Part shown: in pieces, positions 39,574 to 55,049 of the stretch | Numbering within the stretch: the stretch's first letter is position 1 | How the letters are laid out: every line of letters begins with the position of its first letter | Assembly: GCA_964016885.1 (NCBI GenBank) | Contig: OZ024750.1 | Location: 36,270,001-36,334,000, forward strand | Direction: 5' to 3' | Origin: Eledone cirrhosa | Taxonomy: Eukaryota | Length of the DNA stretch: 64,000 nt | Program-made: the position numbers and the translations under genes | The notes under the pieces: model-generated | Seen by the model: only the letters and a program-made list of their open reading frames with translations | Databases searched by the model: none | What the model was told of the DNA's origin: nothing

Positions 39574-40375
39574 ATTTTAAAATAGCTTACATAATTAATA
39601 GATATTCCTTTATATATAGTTTTAATTCTCACATCCACTTATTCTTGAACACATTTAAACATTTTCAATTAAACGTTATATATATATAAAAAAACCAATA
39701 AAATAAGATAGGTATTATTCCTTTATATTTTAAAGAAAATCTAAACTATACAACTAAATAACTTTACAACTAAATAACTAATTTCTTCCTTCATTATTTT
39801 CTCCGATTATTTTCCCTCTCTTATAATATTCCTTCAGTATAATTTTTCATCTACTTTAAATTTAGGTTCTATCTAAATAAGTTAATTTTAATAATTTGAT
39901 AAATTCGGCTATAATACATACATTTTTTTCTTTGTAAATAATTATACAAAGTTTTAATATCATCTACTTTAAATAACATTGTTGAATTGATAATTTTTTT
40001 AACATTGATAATTATCTCCTTTCTAAAATAAATAATTTATCACGTAATATTAAAGCATACTTGACTATATATTTAAAAAGATATATATATATATATATAT
40101 CAACCATATCAACTATTAAACACTTTCTATTCAATAATTTCAATATCTAAGTATACATAATAAAGGATAGCTTACCTACAAATTCTATAACCCAAATTTT
40201 TTCCCCTTTATTATTCTATCTCCATAATATTATTCCTGTCTTAACAGAATATTTTTTCCTGATACAATATATACTTTTGATTTAATACCTATCTATAATG
40301 ATCATAAGGGAAATGAGGACTGAATAACGCTCAATTTTTGTTTTGTTTTTTTCTGACCAATCAAATTACACTATA

Positions 40376-41545
40376 TCTGTATATATATATATAAAATTAC
40401 GTATGTGTGTGTGTGTGTCTGTGTGTCACCTATAAGGGCCTACATCTTACGACTGATTTTCATGAAACTTTACAGGCTCATAGATTAGTAATCGGGGAGT
40501 GTTTTTTTTATATATTAACGTGCCGTTTTTTTTATTCCGGGGTCATTCTGCAGATAAAAATCGATGGGGGGGGGGGTCACCTTTTTTTAGGTATCGAAAA
40601 ATAAGATTTTTGGCTCTAGCTCCCACATTTTGCCACCAATTTCGTTCAAATGTTAAAGCAAAATAGAATTTATCATTGCATATCCTGTAATGGCTTTATA
40701 TTTTGCATTTGTTGTTCAGCGACGGCGTGGCAGCCACTTAAATATTCAAAAATACCACTTTTAGACTCAAATTTCCACTTTTTCGGCTCTACCTCCCACA
40801 TTAATCAACCTACTTTGTTCAGATTTTACACTACGCTAGATCTGATTATTTCACGTCTTAAAGTGGCTTTACATTTTGAATTTTTTGTTCAGGAACGGTG
40901 TGGTAGCCGCTTAAATATTCGAAAATACCACCTTTTCGGCTCTAGCTCCCACATTTTTCCACCGATTTCCTTCAAATTCGAAACTTCGGCTCCACCTCAC
41001 ACATAAATCAATTTATTTGGTTAAACTTTTATACTACGATAGAACCTATCATTGCACATCTAATAGTAGCTTTACACTTTGCATTTTTTGTTCAGGGACG
41101 GCGATCTATCATTAGCTCCCACATTTTTCAACCGAATTCATTCAAATTCGAAACTTCGGCTCCACCTTACATATAAATCAATTTATTTGGTTCAACTTTA
41201 TACTACGATAGAACCTATCATTGCACATCCTATAGTTGGTCAAATGCAAAACGATGGCCCTGACGTCGTCTGAGTTTTTAGTTGTGTATTTGAGAATTCA
41301 TCGGTTTCCAATCAAGTAGCGTGAAGACATTTGGCTTAGTGTTAGAGGTCATTACCTCCCTCCCCCAGCATGCCCCTTCGTCAGTCACCCGCGTTTCTCA
41401 GTGATAGAGGTCATCACCACCCTCCCCCGCATGGCCTGTGTGTGGCCATAGATGAGTCATCGAGAAGCAGTCGCTAAGATCAACACCTTTTCATCAAAGC
41501 AGATATTATTTTACCTACCCAGGCAACGCTGGGTACTGCTGCTAG
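40376..41545 (+). mobile_element. Non-autonomous Helitron-like element
   Basis: 5' A|TC, internal diverged tandem repeats, 3' hairpin tacccag-gcaacg-ctgggta followed by CTAG|T. Confidence 0.7.
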
Positions 41546-42182
41546 TTTTAAATAATTTATGAACGTTTAAGCCAACTATAATGTCCCTCTCCCCAATCAA
41601 TTAATGCCCTTGCATGCTGACGTTTTTCTTGTCATATGCCTGGTGGCCATCAATCTGTCCAGTTTGTCTACCAGCATTTCAAGAAAAAATTATACATTTT
41701 CTCTGAGAACATGTTTTGCTTTATGCTATACATAAAACTTTGTATCTTCGAAATATCATCATCATCATCATCATCATTTTACGTCTGCTTTCCCTGCTTG
41801 CAAGGGTGGGATGGGAACTGATTCTGGCTTGATTTCTACAGTTGGATGCCCTTTCTACCACCAACCTCATTTACAGTAAGTGGTGGGTGCTTTTTTTTAC
41901 CATGGTACCTACACGTCAACTTTACAGTGTCATAATATGGACCCCAGTCCCTATCATCTCATTTCTGCAGCTGAGTAAATTGGAGCAATGTGAAATAAAG
42001 TGTCTTGCTCAAGGAAACAACACATCACCCGGTCTGAGAATTGAACTCAAAACCTTTTGATTGCAAGGCCAATGCTCTAATCACTAAGCCATGTGCCTCC
42101 ATATATATAATGAAATAGAGATGATATAAAGTATATATTTTTCGTTTATTGCTAATATTATTATCATTATATATATATATAT

Positions 42183-42383
42183 AACGAAGGAAATGTGGTA
42201 AGGAACCAGGTGGACCATAACGCACCAAAGTACTCAATACTTGAGGTAGTAGAGTGCGTAATAGGAACCAGTAAGACCCCGACAGCTGAGCTCAAGCCGT
42301 TTCGGCGGCTAATTCTGGACTCAGTCCAGAATTAGCCGTCGAAACGGCTTGAGCTCAGCTGTTGGGGTCTTACTGGTTCCTAT
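42183..42383 (-). mobile_element. Family A fold-back hairpin insertion
   Basis: Palindrome centred on ggact-c-agtcc (about 42322); TA on both sides. Confidence 0.85.
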
Positions 42384-43794
42384 ATATATATATATATATA
42401 TGAAAACAGGGAGAGAAAGAGACGATTATGAGGAAGAAAATTTTTTTTTTTTCTTTTCTTGTTTCTCTCTCTTTTTTCTGGGTTAGAAAATGATTAAAAC
42501 GAAATGTTTTACTTTGTGTGAAGTGTTAAGGTATTAGTTGATTTATTTATTATATAACAATGGCATTTATTTATCTATTTATATATTTAATTATTGTCTA
42601 TTACCGCTTTCAGCATGTATATGCATTATCAAATGATAGTGAAATGTATTAGTGTGGTGTCGCAAATGTTAAACAGAAGGTGCAGAAAGAATAATTTTAT
42701 ATACAAACAATGTTTAAGAAGTGAAAAGAAAAAAGAAAAAGGAAAATATCCTGAATTACTTGGTCGTTTCTATGGCTGTGCGGATGACGGTTTAACCATC
42801 GTCTCAGTGTGTTTGGCCTTTAATGTATGTTGTAGCTCTGGTTCGTCAGAATTATTGAGCGCTTGCCACACATCTCGGAAGTTGTTTTTCGCTAATTTCA
42901 AAGCCGAAATACGATTCTCGCTAATTTATATTTGTATATATATATATATATATAAACATTGAGTTATAGAGTTTGTTGATATGTAATCAACAGATTTATG
43001 TTCATAACAGTTAAGAAGCACTCGACTGAATAAAATTTATCTGGAGTATTATAATAATAATAATAGTAATAAATGGAATATATTTCACTAGAGCATCATA
43101 ATATATTTTGTTATATATATTTCAGGGATACTAAATTATAGTATGCCTTCTTCAAACAAAACACAATATTAGATGTATAAAATGTGACATACTCATAAAA
43201 GAGACCGCATGCAATCAATTCAAAACAGGCATGTAATATGTATGTTGTTGTTGCTGTCGTCATGGAGAAAGATGCCATCAAGTCTATGTATCAACCTACC
43301 TCAGAGTTTCGTTTATTGCTGTGGCTGTAATTATTGTTGTTGTTGTTGTTGTAGCTGTTTAATGTAACTATTGTTATCGTTGTTGTTGTTGTCAGCGGGG
43401 TAGTTCTATCGCTATGACAGCTGCGGCCAATGTGGGTGACGTTTGGTCGGTTTTGATGTTGTCGTTGTAGCTGTTGTCTTGAATATTGCTGTCAACAAAA
43501 TGTATACCCCCACCCTCCCTCAGAGCTCCATTTATTGCTTCCACTATCTGCTGGATTCTGGCTACACACAGTTTTTCGTTTGATACAGATCACATACTCC
43601 AAAGGTTAACTCTTTGCTTATTTACGACCGTGGGGGGATGCACGAATCCTGATTTCATTAATTGACACGTTGATAACACCTTACTACAGCAAACACGATG
43701 CCTGGGAGACCTGTTCAGGAACTCATATGTATGCCAGGCACTCAAACAGAAGGACGTGCGTTTTTTTCCTGCCAGCAGAATATCAATGATTCGG

Positions 43795-43886
43795 ATTTCA
43801 TCTGAGGATACCACTCTCATAACAACAGCAAATGCATGAAGGACTTCTTGATTGTATGGAGAACCGTGGAAATAATTATAACGATT
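43795..43886 (+). ncRNA. Hammerhead ribozyme with extended stem II and weakened stem I
   Basis: ttcat-CTGAGGA-tac..tctcata..tatggaga..gtg-GAAAT-aatt-ATA-acga; core flanks resemble the 22193 HHR. Confidence 0.65.
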
Positions 43887-44015
43887 AAATGATTTATGTA
43901 ACATCAGCATTTTATTTTGTTATTTTTATAAAATCTCCATCGTAGCTAAAAACTACAATTGTTGAGAGCTGTCTCCTGCTTGCTCCTGGTTTTACCGAAA
44001 CAATCGCTTCGGAAC

Positions 44016-45184
<1,169 letters not shown>

Positions 45185-45253
45185 ATCAAGGTTTAGCAAA
45201 TAAGAAAAAGTTTCAAAGTAAATTTAAAAAAATTAACTTTACTTACTATGGTT

Positions 45254-45339
45254 ACCTTTACCGAATCGGTTTCGAGTCTCAAAAATAAACGGACAGTCCA
45301 TACGGCATCCATTGCAAAGATAAACTCTCGTCAGAAGGA
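45254..45339 (-). ncRNA. Type I hammerhead ribozyme
   Basis: cctt-CTGACGA-gagtt...gactc-GAAAC-cgattcg-GTA-aagg. Confidence 0.85.
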
Positions 45340-45469
45340 TCTTTTAACTCGGAGAATATAAAATTCCCGAGTTCAAATTATGAACTGGCGCTATTCAAAA
45401 TTGTTCCTGAGATGAGAATAAATGAAGTGGAAGCCATTCCTTCAAGTGCCATGTGTAAAGATAGACGGG

Positions 45470-46415
45470 GGGTGTATTTTGGGATGGGGGTGTATTTTGT
45501 GAGAGGTGCCTACTGACTGTAGGTTTCACTCTGTACTTAGGCAAGGCGAGTCTTCTGTATAACCGTGTAGCGCCAAAGATCTCGCTCCAGTGACATTGTC
45601 TTGGAGAGGAGTAAGTGTGTGAGGTCGGAATTTATCAAGTCGTCCCAGGTTTTTCTGGGTCTGCCTACTCCGTGGCTACCGTCTATTTTTATCGCCCTGC
45701 ACTTTTTTATACAGCTGTCATCTTTCATGCGCATCACGTGACCGTACCAACGTAGTCTTCTCTCGAGTAAACAACATCTGGTCCCTCTTATTCCTAATTT
45801 CTCCCTTAGTTCGTTTATGCTTTGCCGTTCAAGTATATCACTATTACACATCCAGCGGAGCATGCAAGCTTCGTTTCTCTCCAGTCTGCGTATATCCTCT
45901 GCACACAATGCCCAGGTCTCACTGCCATGTAACATTGCTGTTCGTATGCAGGCATCATACAGCCTACCTTTCATTTTTAGAGAGAACCATTTAGCGGCCA
46001 ATAGTGGTAAAAGCTCTCGGAACTTTTTCCATCCCGTTCTGACTCTAGCTACTGTACTTTCAGAGCACCCTCCACCACTGCTGATTTTGTCACCCAGGTA
46101 ACGGAAGCTGTCCACTATTTCTATAGAACCATCTGTGCAATGGAATGAGCTAGTATTCTGTGGGCACTTGCTGCTACTTATTGCACCAGAGCACCGGCCA
46201 CATATAAAATCTATATTCTTAGTTAGCTTACCTGTGATCCCACTACATCTTTTATGCACCCATACTTTGCATTTGGGACATAAAATGGAGTTTCTGCCTA
46301 CTCCTTTCCTACACACTGAGCATGGCCATTTCCCAGATGGGACTGGTGCCTACAAACTAGAACTTTAGTCTTAGACAAGTTAACTTTAAGGCCTTTTGAT
46401 TCTAGGCCATGCTTC
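45470..46415 (-). pseudogene. RTE-clade LINE 3' fragment (RT C-terminus with Cys/His finger insertion)
   Basis: [77 protein letters not shown]. Confidence 0.92.
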
Positions 46416-46428
46416 CATGTTTGGAATT

Positions 46429-46506
<78 letters not shown>

Positions 46507-47755
46507 TAAAAAGGTAAACAGGAATAACAACACAATCGGTACAACATATGCCGGGTATATATTAGGTTAACGCAGGAAGAGCAGATATAGCAGGAAGAGG
46601 GTCTAATGTTTCGGAAGCTAGTCTTTCATGAGAAGAAAGAATGAGAAATAAAATAAAATAAGGGGACGGGCGGGATAGAATTGGAAAAAATGTCTTTAGA
46701 TAAAAATAATAGGTCCATTCATGTTGACATCTCTCGAAATTTAAAGAAAGATTTATGTCACATACATATATGTATATATAATTTACTACAAGCTATGATT
46801 TTATCTGCTGTGAGAAAATGTTTTAATTTTATTATATAGATATATATTTGGTAACTCTAGTAAAGAGCATGAAATAAATTAGCTCATATAATAGTAATAT
46901 TGAATATGTTAATCATATAAAATATAAAGTAGGACAGACTGGGCAGCAGAAGTGTACAATGACTTTATTGATATATCTCGGTAGATATGATGAAAGTAAT
47001 GGAATAGGTTCTGTCACTACTATATTGTTCTGAATTTATTATGAATCTCTTTTGAAAGTAAAAGAATCACTTGACTTCAAGCAGAAATATGGAAATAGCC
47101 ACTTCTATATGAAATAGAGAAACCTTGTAATTTCCTGTTACCATAGAGTAATGTTTCTGAAGAAAGACAGATTTCCCTGTAAGTGGGGAATAGCAAGGAA
47201 AAAGATTTATGCATTGACCTAGAAGGCAAATGAAAGCAAAATCTGTGCATGATTGTCAGATGTAATAAAGTGTAAATACAAATGAAAACAGCAGAGAATA
47301 TCTGAACAGTTACGACTTTTAGCATCAACAAAAATTGACTTTGTATCTTACTATCTAACAGAATGTTTATATCTGCTGCTCTTTCACTGTCTACCTACTT
47401 ATCTTTTTATGAAATTGTGTTTCTTTACTTTTTGGCTCATATATATATGTATATATGTATGTATATATATATATGTATGAATATATAAGTATGTATATAT
47501 ATATATATGAATATATATGTATGTATATATATATATATATATGTATGTATATGTATATGTATGTATATATATGTATATATATATATATGTGTGTATATAT
47601 ATATATATATGTGCGTATATATATATATATATATGTGTGTATATATATATGTCTGCGTATATATATATATGTGTGTATATATATGTGCGTATATATATAT
47701 ATGTGTGTGTATATATATATATATATGTGTGTATATATGTGTGTATATATATGTG

Positions 47756-47810
<55 letters not shown>

Positions 47811-47841
47811 ATGTGTATATATATATATATATATATATGTG

Positions 47842-47906
<65 letters not shown>

Positions 47907-48065
47907 ACAGGATGAAGCGTTATGTCCCTGAGCAAGACACTTTATTTCACGTTGCTCCTTCTACCTGGAGTTGCGACCGATAGATAGTATTAGCAATTGG
48001 AAAGACCAACAAAAATATTGTTTCCTTGGTCCGATTTGATGAAAGTCGATCGATATGAAAATATA

Positions 48066-48096
<31 letters not shown>

Positions 48097-48708
48097 GAGT
48101 ATATATATATATATATATATACACATAACGATATTTATATATATATATGTATTTATATATATAGACATGTATATATGTATAATAATTGTTTCTACGTTAG
48201 GCACAAGGCCAGCAATTACCCAGTGCATTACTGGTACTTTATTTTATCGACCCCATAAGGATGAAAGGCAAAGTCAACCTCGGCGGGATTTGAACTCAGA
48301 TCGTAAAGGGATGCAACTATGCTGGAAAGCATGGCGTCCGACACTCTACCGATACTGCCAATCCACCGCCCTTATTATTATACATGTATATATATATATA
48401 ATAATAATACTATTTATAGTTATGTATATAGTATAAACAACTATAAACAGGAAGGTCAGTAATTTCTTAATTACCTTATTACCAGTAAGAGAAATATATA
48501 CATATATATATATATTTATATGTATATTTATATATATATATGTATATATATATATATGTGTATGTATATATATGTATATACATATATATATATGTATATA
48601 TATATTTATATGTATATTTATATATATATATGTATATATATATATATGTGTATGTATATATATGTATATACATATATATATATGTATATATATATTTATA
48701 TGTATATT

Positions 48709-48741
<33 letters not shown>

Positions 48742-48827
48742 GTGCATGTATATATATGTATATATGTATATACATATATATACATATATATGTATATACA
48801 TTTATATATATATGTATATACATATAT

Positions 48828-49290
48828 GATATACGCAGACTAGAGAGGAACGAAGCTTGCATGCTCCGCTGGATGTGTAACAGTAATATACGTGAACGGC
48901 AAAGCATAAACGAACTAAGGAAAAAATTAGAGATAAGAGGGATCAGATGTTGTTTACTCGAGAGAAGGCTACGTTGGTATGGACACGTGATGCGCATGAA
49001 AGTCGATAGCTGTATAACAAAGTGCAGGGCAATAAAGATAGACGGTAGTCACGGAATAGGCAGACCTAGAAAATCCTGGGACGAGCTGATAAACTCCGAC
49101 ATCACACACTTACACCTCTCCAAGACAATGTCACTGGACCAAGACCTTTGGCGGTATTCAGTAACAGAGAAGACCCGCCTTACCTAAATATATAGTAAAA
49201 CCTACTCCAGCCAGTAGGCATCTCTAACAAAATACACCCCGTCCCACCACCACCACCCCCACCCCATCCACACCACCCCGTTCTATGTAA
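48828..49290 (+). pseudogene. RTE LINE 3' fragment, same family as 45.5 kb
   Basis: [35 protein letters not shown]. Confidence 0.9.
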
Positions 49291-49908
49291 AGTTATGTTG
49301 GTGCCGCGCCATCGAGGCCGAAACAAATGAGATCGTGTAGGTGTCACGACAAAAAAACACACAGTCCACGCTGTAATGTGGCCGTGTAGGCAACACGGTA
49401 AAAACCTCCCAGACCCACACTGTAAATGTGGTTGGTGTTAGGAAGGGCATCCAACTGTAGAAAACCTGCCAGACAGTCCTATGCGAGCAAGACAATCACT
49501 CTTGCCTCAAGTGGGACTACCCCCGTCCAAACCCATGCAAGCGTGGAACACGGACGTTAAACGTTGATGATGATGATGATGATGATGCATATACATATAT
49601 ATATATATGTATATATATATATTTGTATATATATATATGTATATATATATATTTGTATATACATATATATATATATGTATATATATATATTTGTATATAC
49701 ATATATTTTTATGTATATATTTATATATATATATTTGTATATACATATATATATATGTATATATTTATATATATATATTTGTATATGCATATATGTATAT
49801 ATATATATATATATATTTGTATATGCATATATGTATATACATATATATTTGTATATATGTGTATGTGCGTATATATCTATATATGTATGTGTGTGTGTAT
49901 ATATATAA

Positions 49909-49942
<34 letters not shown>

Positions 49943-49957
49943 TTACACAAATATATA

Positions 49958-50275
49958 TGATTCCAGCTTCTCGGAGGACTAACAACACACACCCAGGAGC
50001 TGGACATTTCTATGTATTGACAGAGTGAAACACACTTCAACAACATGTGTACCTGACTTTCCCACACCAATTCGGACTGCCTGAAGAGGTCACAGCCAAT
50101 GATGGCTGTCACCGAAATATATATAGCAGTATATCTATAATTTATAATAAACGAAGCCAAATTTTACATATTTGACTTAATTATTTTACATTACTCCGGA
50201 GTAAACAAACCAACCTGCGTACATCGTCGAGTGCTCCAATCTGCATACTGAGGTGGCGGTAAACAACCACATATA

Positions 50276-50280
<5 letters not shown>
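49958..50280 (+). mobile_element. Family B non-coding HHR element (about 320 bp)
   Basis: TA-flanked, contains an intact HHR, same boundaries as the 5.1 kb copy. Confidence 0.8.
50076..50130 (+). ncRNA. Type I hammerhead ribozyme (family B)
   Basis: actgc-CTGAAGA-ggtcacagcca atga tggctgtcacc-GAAA-tatata-TA-gcagt; stem I is perfect. Confidence 0.9.
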
Positions 50281-50339
<59 letters not shown>

Positions 50340-50340
50340 G

Positions 50341-50413
<73 letters not shown>

Positions 50414-50879
50414 TATATATATATATATAGTGTATATATATATATATATATGTGTATATATCTATGTGTATTGTATATATCTATGTGTATTGTATATATC
50501 TATGTGTATTGTATATATCTATGTGTATTGTATATATCTATGTGTATTATATATATATGTATGTGTATTATATATATATGTATGTGTGTATATGTACATA
50601 TATACATGTATATATATATATGTATATGTATGTATGTATGTATATATATATATATGTGTGTGTGTATATGTATATATATACATATATATATATGTAATGT
50701 GTATTTATATATATGTGTGTATATATATATATGTATATATATATATATGTGTGTGTGTAGGTGTATGTATATATATATATGTATGTATGTGTGTATATAT
50801 ATATATATATGTATGTATGTGTATATATATATATATATGTATATATGTATATGTATATGTATGTATGTGTATATATTCT

Positions 50880-51430
50880 ATGTCAGGTCACTCTTGGGTG
50901 CTACTGGTAACATATAACTCAGTACAACCTGTTGTATGGTCGGGTCGTTGGCAACTAAACCGGCAACCCCACCAAGTTTACTTGGTGAGGAGGGTGATTT
51001 TGGACACCCTGCAGGACAAAAAACAAAACCTGACAAAGGGCGGAAGACCTCATAAGAGATAACGGCCATACAAAAGTGTTGTAAATGTGTATATACACAT
51101 GTACATATGTATGTATATGTGTATATACATGGGTGCATGTGTATGTATATGCACAGGGACATAGAAATAGTCGGCCTGGACACCCGATCGCGCCGTTAAA
51201 CCACTGGGAGTGAAGGACCCCTAGCCTTTGTCAGGGCATTCTTCTAGGAGAAGGCAACTCAGGAAACTGGGTTATCTCCGATATAAAACCTGCGGCTCAG
51301 TAGTTGCCGATGATGTTGATCTTTTATTCTTTTCGGGTTATAGCTACTGTCGCTCAGAGAGTGGGATTGGCTCAGTGCACAGTCTTTCCTCACTTTAAAA
51401 AATATCATCACGCACAGGCATTGCACGATA
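50880..51430 (+). mobile_element. Probable RTE 5' UTR-derived segments split by a microsatellite
   Basis: GC-richer islands; cagggca..tctaggagaaggcaactc resembles a recurrent RTE 5' UTR motif (from memory, not searched). Confidence 0.4.
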
Positions 51431-52169
51431 GAATTAATTAATAATTATTAATAATGGTATATCGTGCAATGGCCATACTTGATAATGAGGGCGCAGCCAT
51501 CATATGTATATATATATATATGTGTATGTGTATATATATGTGTATGTGTATATATATATATATATGTATGTGTATATATATGTATGTGTATGTGTATATA
51601 TATGTATGTGTATGTGTATATATATGTATATGCATGTGTATATGTATGCATGTGTATATATATATATATATGTATGTATGTGTATATATGTATGTGTATA
51701 TATATGTATGTGTATATATATGTATGTGTATATATATGTATGTGTATATATATGTGTGTGTATATATATGTATGTGTATATATATGTATGTGTATATATA
51801 TGTATGTGTATATATATGTAGTGTATATATATGTATATGCATGTGTATATGTATGTATGCATGTGTATATATATATATGTATGTATGTGTATATATATGT
51901 ATGTGTATATATATATGTATGTGTATGTATATGTATGTGTGTATATATATGTATATGCATGTGTATATATGTATGTATGTGTATATATATGTATATGTTT
52001 GTATGCATGTGTATATATATATACGTTTGTATGCATGTATATATATATGTATATATATATGTGTATATATATGTGTATGTATGTCAATGTTGACCATGGT
52101 TATATGGTTGTTCAATCATACATCAGACAGCAACTTATGTAATAATGTTACATTTATTCACCTCAAACC

Positions 52170-52827
52170 ATGATATTCCTCTCTCATTCTTTTATTCTGT
52201 TGCAATATGATATTCCTCTCTCATTCTTTTATTCTGTTGCAATATGATATTCCTCTCTTATTCTTTTATTCTGTTGCAATGTGATATTCCTCTCTTATTC
52301 TTTTATTCTGTTGCAATATGATATTCCTCTCTCATTCTTTTATTCTGTTGCAATATGATATTCCTCTCTTATTCTTTTATTCTGTTGCAATATGATATTC
52401 CTCTCTTATTCTTTTATTCTGTTGCAATATGATATTCCTCTCTCATTCTTTTATTCTGTTGCAATATGATATTCCTCTCTCATTCTTTTATTCTGTTGCA
52501 ATATGATATTCCTCTCTCATTCTTTTATTCTGTTGCAATATGATATTCCTCTCTTATTCTTTTATTCTGTTGCAATGTGATATTCCTCTCTTATTCTTTT
52601 ATTCTGTTGCAATATGATATTCCTCTCTCATTCTTTTATTCTGTTGCAATATGATATTCCTCTCTCATTCTTTTATTCTGTTGCAATATGATATTCCTCT
52701 CTTATTCTTTTATTCTGTTGCAATATGATATTCCTCTCTTATTCTTTTATTCTGTTGCAATATGTTATTCCTCTCTTATTCTTTTATTCTGTTGCAATAT
52801 TCCTCTCTTATTCTTTTATTCTGTTGC
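52170..52827. repeat. 37-bp minisatellite, about 17 copies
   Basis: tgatattcctctctYattcttttattctgttgcaata, head to tail with no spacers. Confidence 0.95.
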
Positions 52828-54762
52828 TTCATTTATTTGATTCTCGCCGTGCTGTATTGAATTCTTCTTCTCACAAGACATTGGTTCTGTTGAGGCTCTA
52901 TTAGAAGACACTTGAACAAGTTGCCACATGGTGCTATTGAATCCAGATCAAACTGGTTGTGATGTAAACTTTTTAACCACTCAGCCGTTGCTTCATTACT
53001 TACAAAATTACTAGAGTGTCAGGAACCATGCTTTGCAGCATACAGTTATGGTCCTTTACAGACTAACTTTAAATCCCGCTGATGTTAGTTTTGCCTTTCA
53101 TCCTCACGGGGTCAATAAAACAATGCACCAGTAATGCACTGGGGCCAATTTAATTGACTTTCCCCTCCCAAAAATTTTTTGACTTCATGCCTATGGTTGA
53201 AATCGTTATTATTATTATCATTATTTTCTTTTATTATATGGAGGCACATGGCTTAATGGTTAGAGTATTGGGCTTGCAATCGAAAGGTTGCGAGTTCAAT
53301 TCTCAGACCAGGTAATGTATTGTTTCCTTGAGCAAGACACTTTATTTCACATTGCTCCAGTTTACTCAGCTGTAGAAATGAGATGATAGGACTGGGGTCC
53401 CTATCATTCCACTGCAAAGTGGTTGTGGAGGTGCCATGGAAAAAAAGCACCCATCCCACACTGTAAAGTGGACGTTTAGGCGCCACGGAAAGAAAGCACC
53501 TAGCACTCACTGTAAATGAGGTTGGTGTTAGGAAGGGCATCCAGCTGTAGAAATCAAGCCAGAATCACTTCTTGTCCTACCCATGCAAGCAGGGAAAAGC
53601 GGACGTAAAATGATGATGATGATGATGATGATTACTATTTCTTTATCAACTATTTACTACATGTACCATAAAGCTAATGCATGTTCAGTCTATCAGATGT
53701 ACAAAGACAAAATATTTTCAAGCTATTTATACTTAAATGAAGTGATTAAGGCATTAAATATATTTAGAAAATGGCACGAAGAATGAAGTAGAATGTCTTA
53801 GAAATGACAACTGCAAGAACAAAAGACTAGATTAAGCTTTCTATTGCCCAGAAATCTAGTAAAAAAGACTAACATGAAATAGATTTAAAGAAATACTGTT
53901 AAAAAGTAGCATAGTAAGATATGGTAGTATTTGATGATACTGTCAAATGTATATGGAGATGTAGGAATTGGAGATTTTATGACATGGCTGATGGAAAGAA
54001 AATAGGTAGAAAACAAATAACTACACTTCCAAAACAAATGGCATTACATGTACAGAGGATTAACAGGTATTCTAATAAAATATGACGGAATAACAACTTA
54101 TTTTGTTAAACCACGATAAAAAAAAGTCAAACAAGCAAACAAACATACAAAAAATAAAACAGATATGGGTTAAGGTGGAAGCAGAGGTGCTCAAAAATAT
54201 ATTGAAACATTCTTCATAGAATTAGAAATTCAGAAGTATGCATCTGGTTGCTACCAAAGTTAAAAAAAGAAAAAAAAAACTGGTAGAGTAAAGGATTAGA
54301 AAAGAGTAACGAAACATTGACAATAATGGTTTTCCACAGCATCTTCTCTTGAGATTTACACAGGAAATATTATATATACATATATCATCATTATTTTACG
54401 TCCGCTTTTCCTTTCTTGCATACATACATACATACATACATATATATATATATTATATATGTGTGTCTATATATATATATATATGGGAAGTAATTCCGTC
54501 AGAAAGGTCCAGGAAAAAAGATTGCTCTATGTAGGTTACAGAGCTTAATAGTTATGTAATAAACAACATTAGATAATTATTTCATTTACCAGTGGTTTCT
54601 TGAAGGCAAACAAAATTTGCTTTCAAGAAACTCACAAGTCACATATGGTACCTCAAGGACTCAGCCATAGACTACTCCTTCCAATGGAAAGCTATTACTG
54701 TTGTGGAACTACTTCTATATGTATATACACATATATATATATATATATACACATATATATAA

Positions 54763-54807
<45 letters not shown>

Positions 54808-55049
54808 CAGGGTGCGGACGGTATTTAGTGTCTAGGAAAAAATAGCACAGTAGTTTTGTTTTAAGATATATTTATCAAACTTGGGTCCGTTTGTCTGTAT
54901 GAATTGTTCTTTCGATCTCACTCGATAAACCCGCCAACTACAGGGCCTTTGTCACTGTCCCCCGACAAAAACCTGTTGAGAAAGCGATGCCTTGTTCGAT
55001 CATTATACCAAAAGCTTATTTTTTATAAGCAGACAGTATTATTGATTTA

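Noticed and set aside
42760-42860. Minus-strand CTGACGA in family C as an HHR core
   Set aside because: Not conserved in the other three copies, and stem I does not pair.
47150-47215. CTGAAGA..GAAA as a hammerhead
   Set aside because: The stem II base is unpaired and stem I is weak.
50880-51060. HDV-like ribozyme in an RTE 5' UTR
   Set aside because: I could not assemble the nested double pseudoknot by eye; a descriptor search is needed.
52170-52827. 37-bp repeats as a CRISPR array
   Set aside because: Units are head to tail with no unique spacers, there are no cas genes, and the context is eukaryotic.
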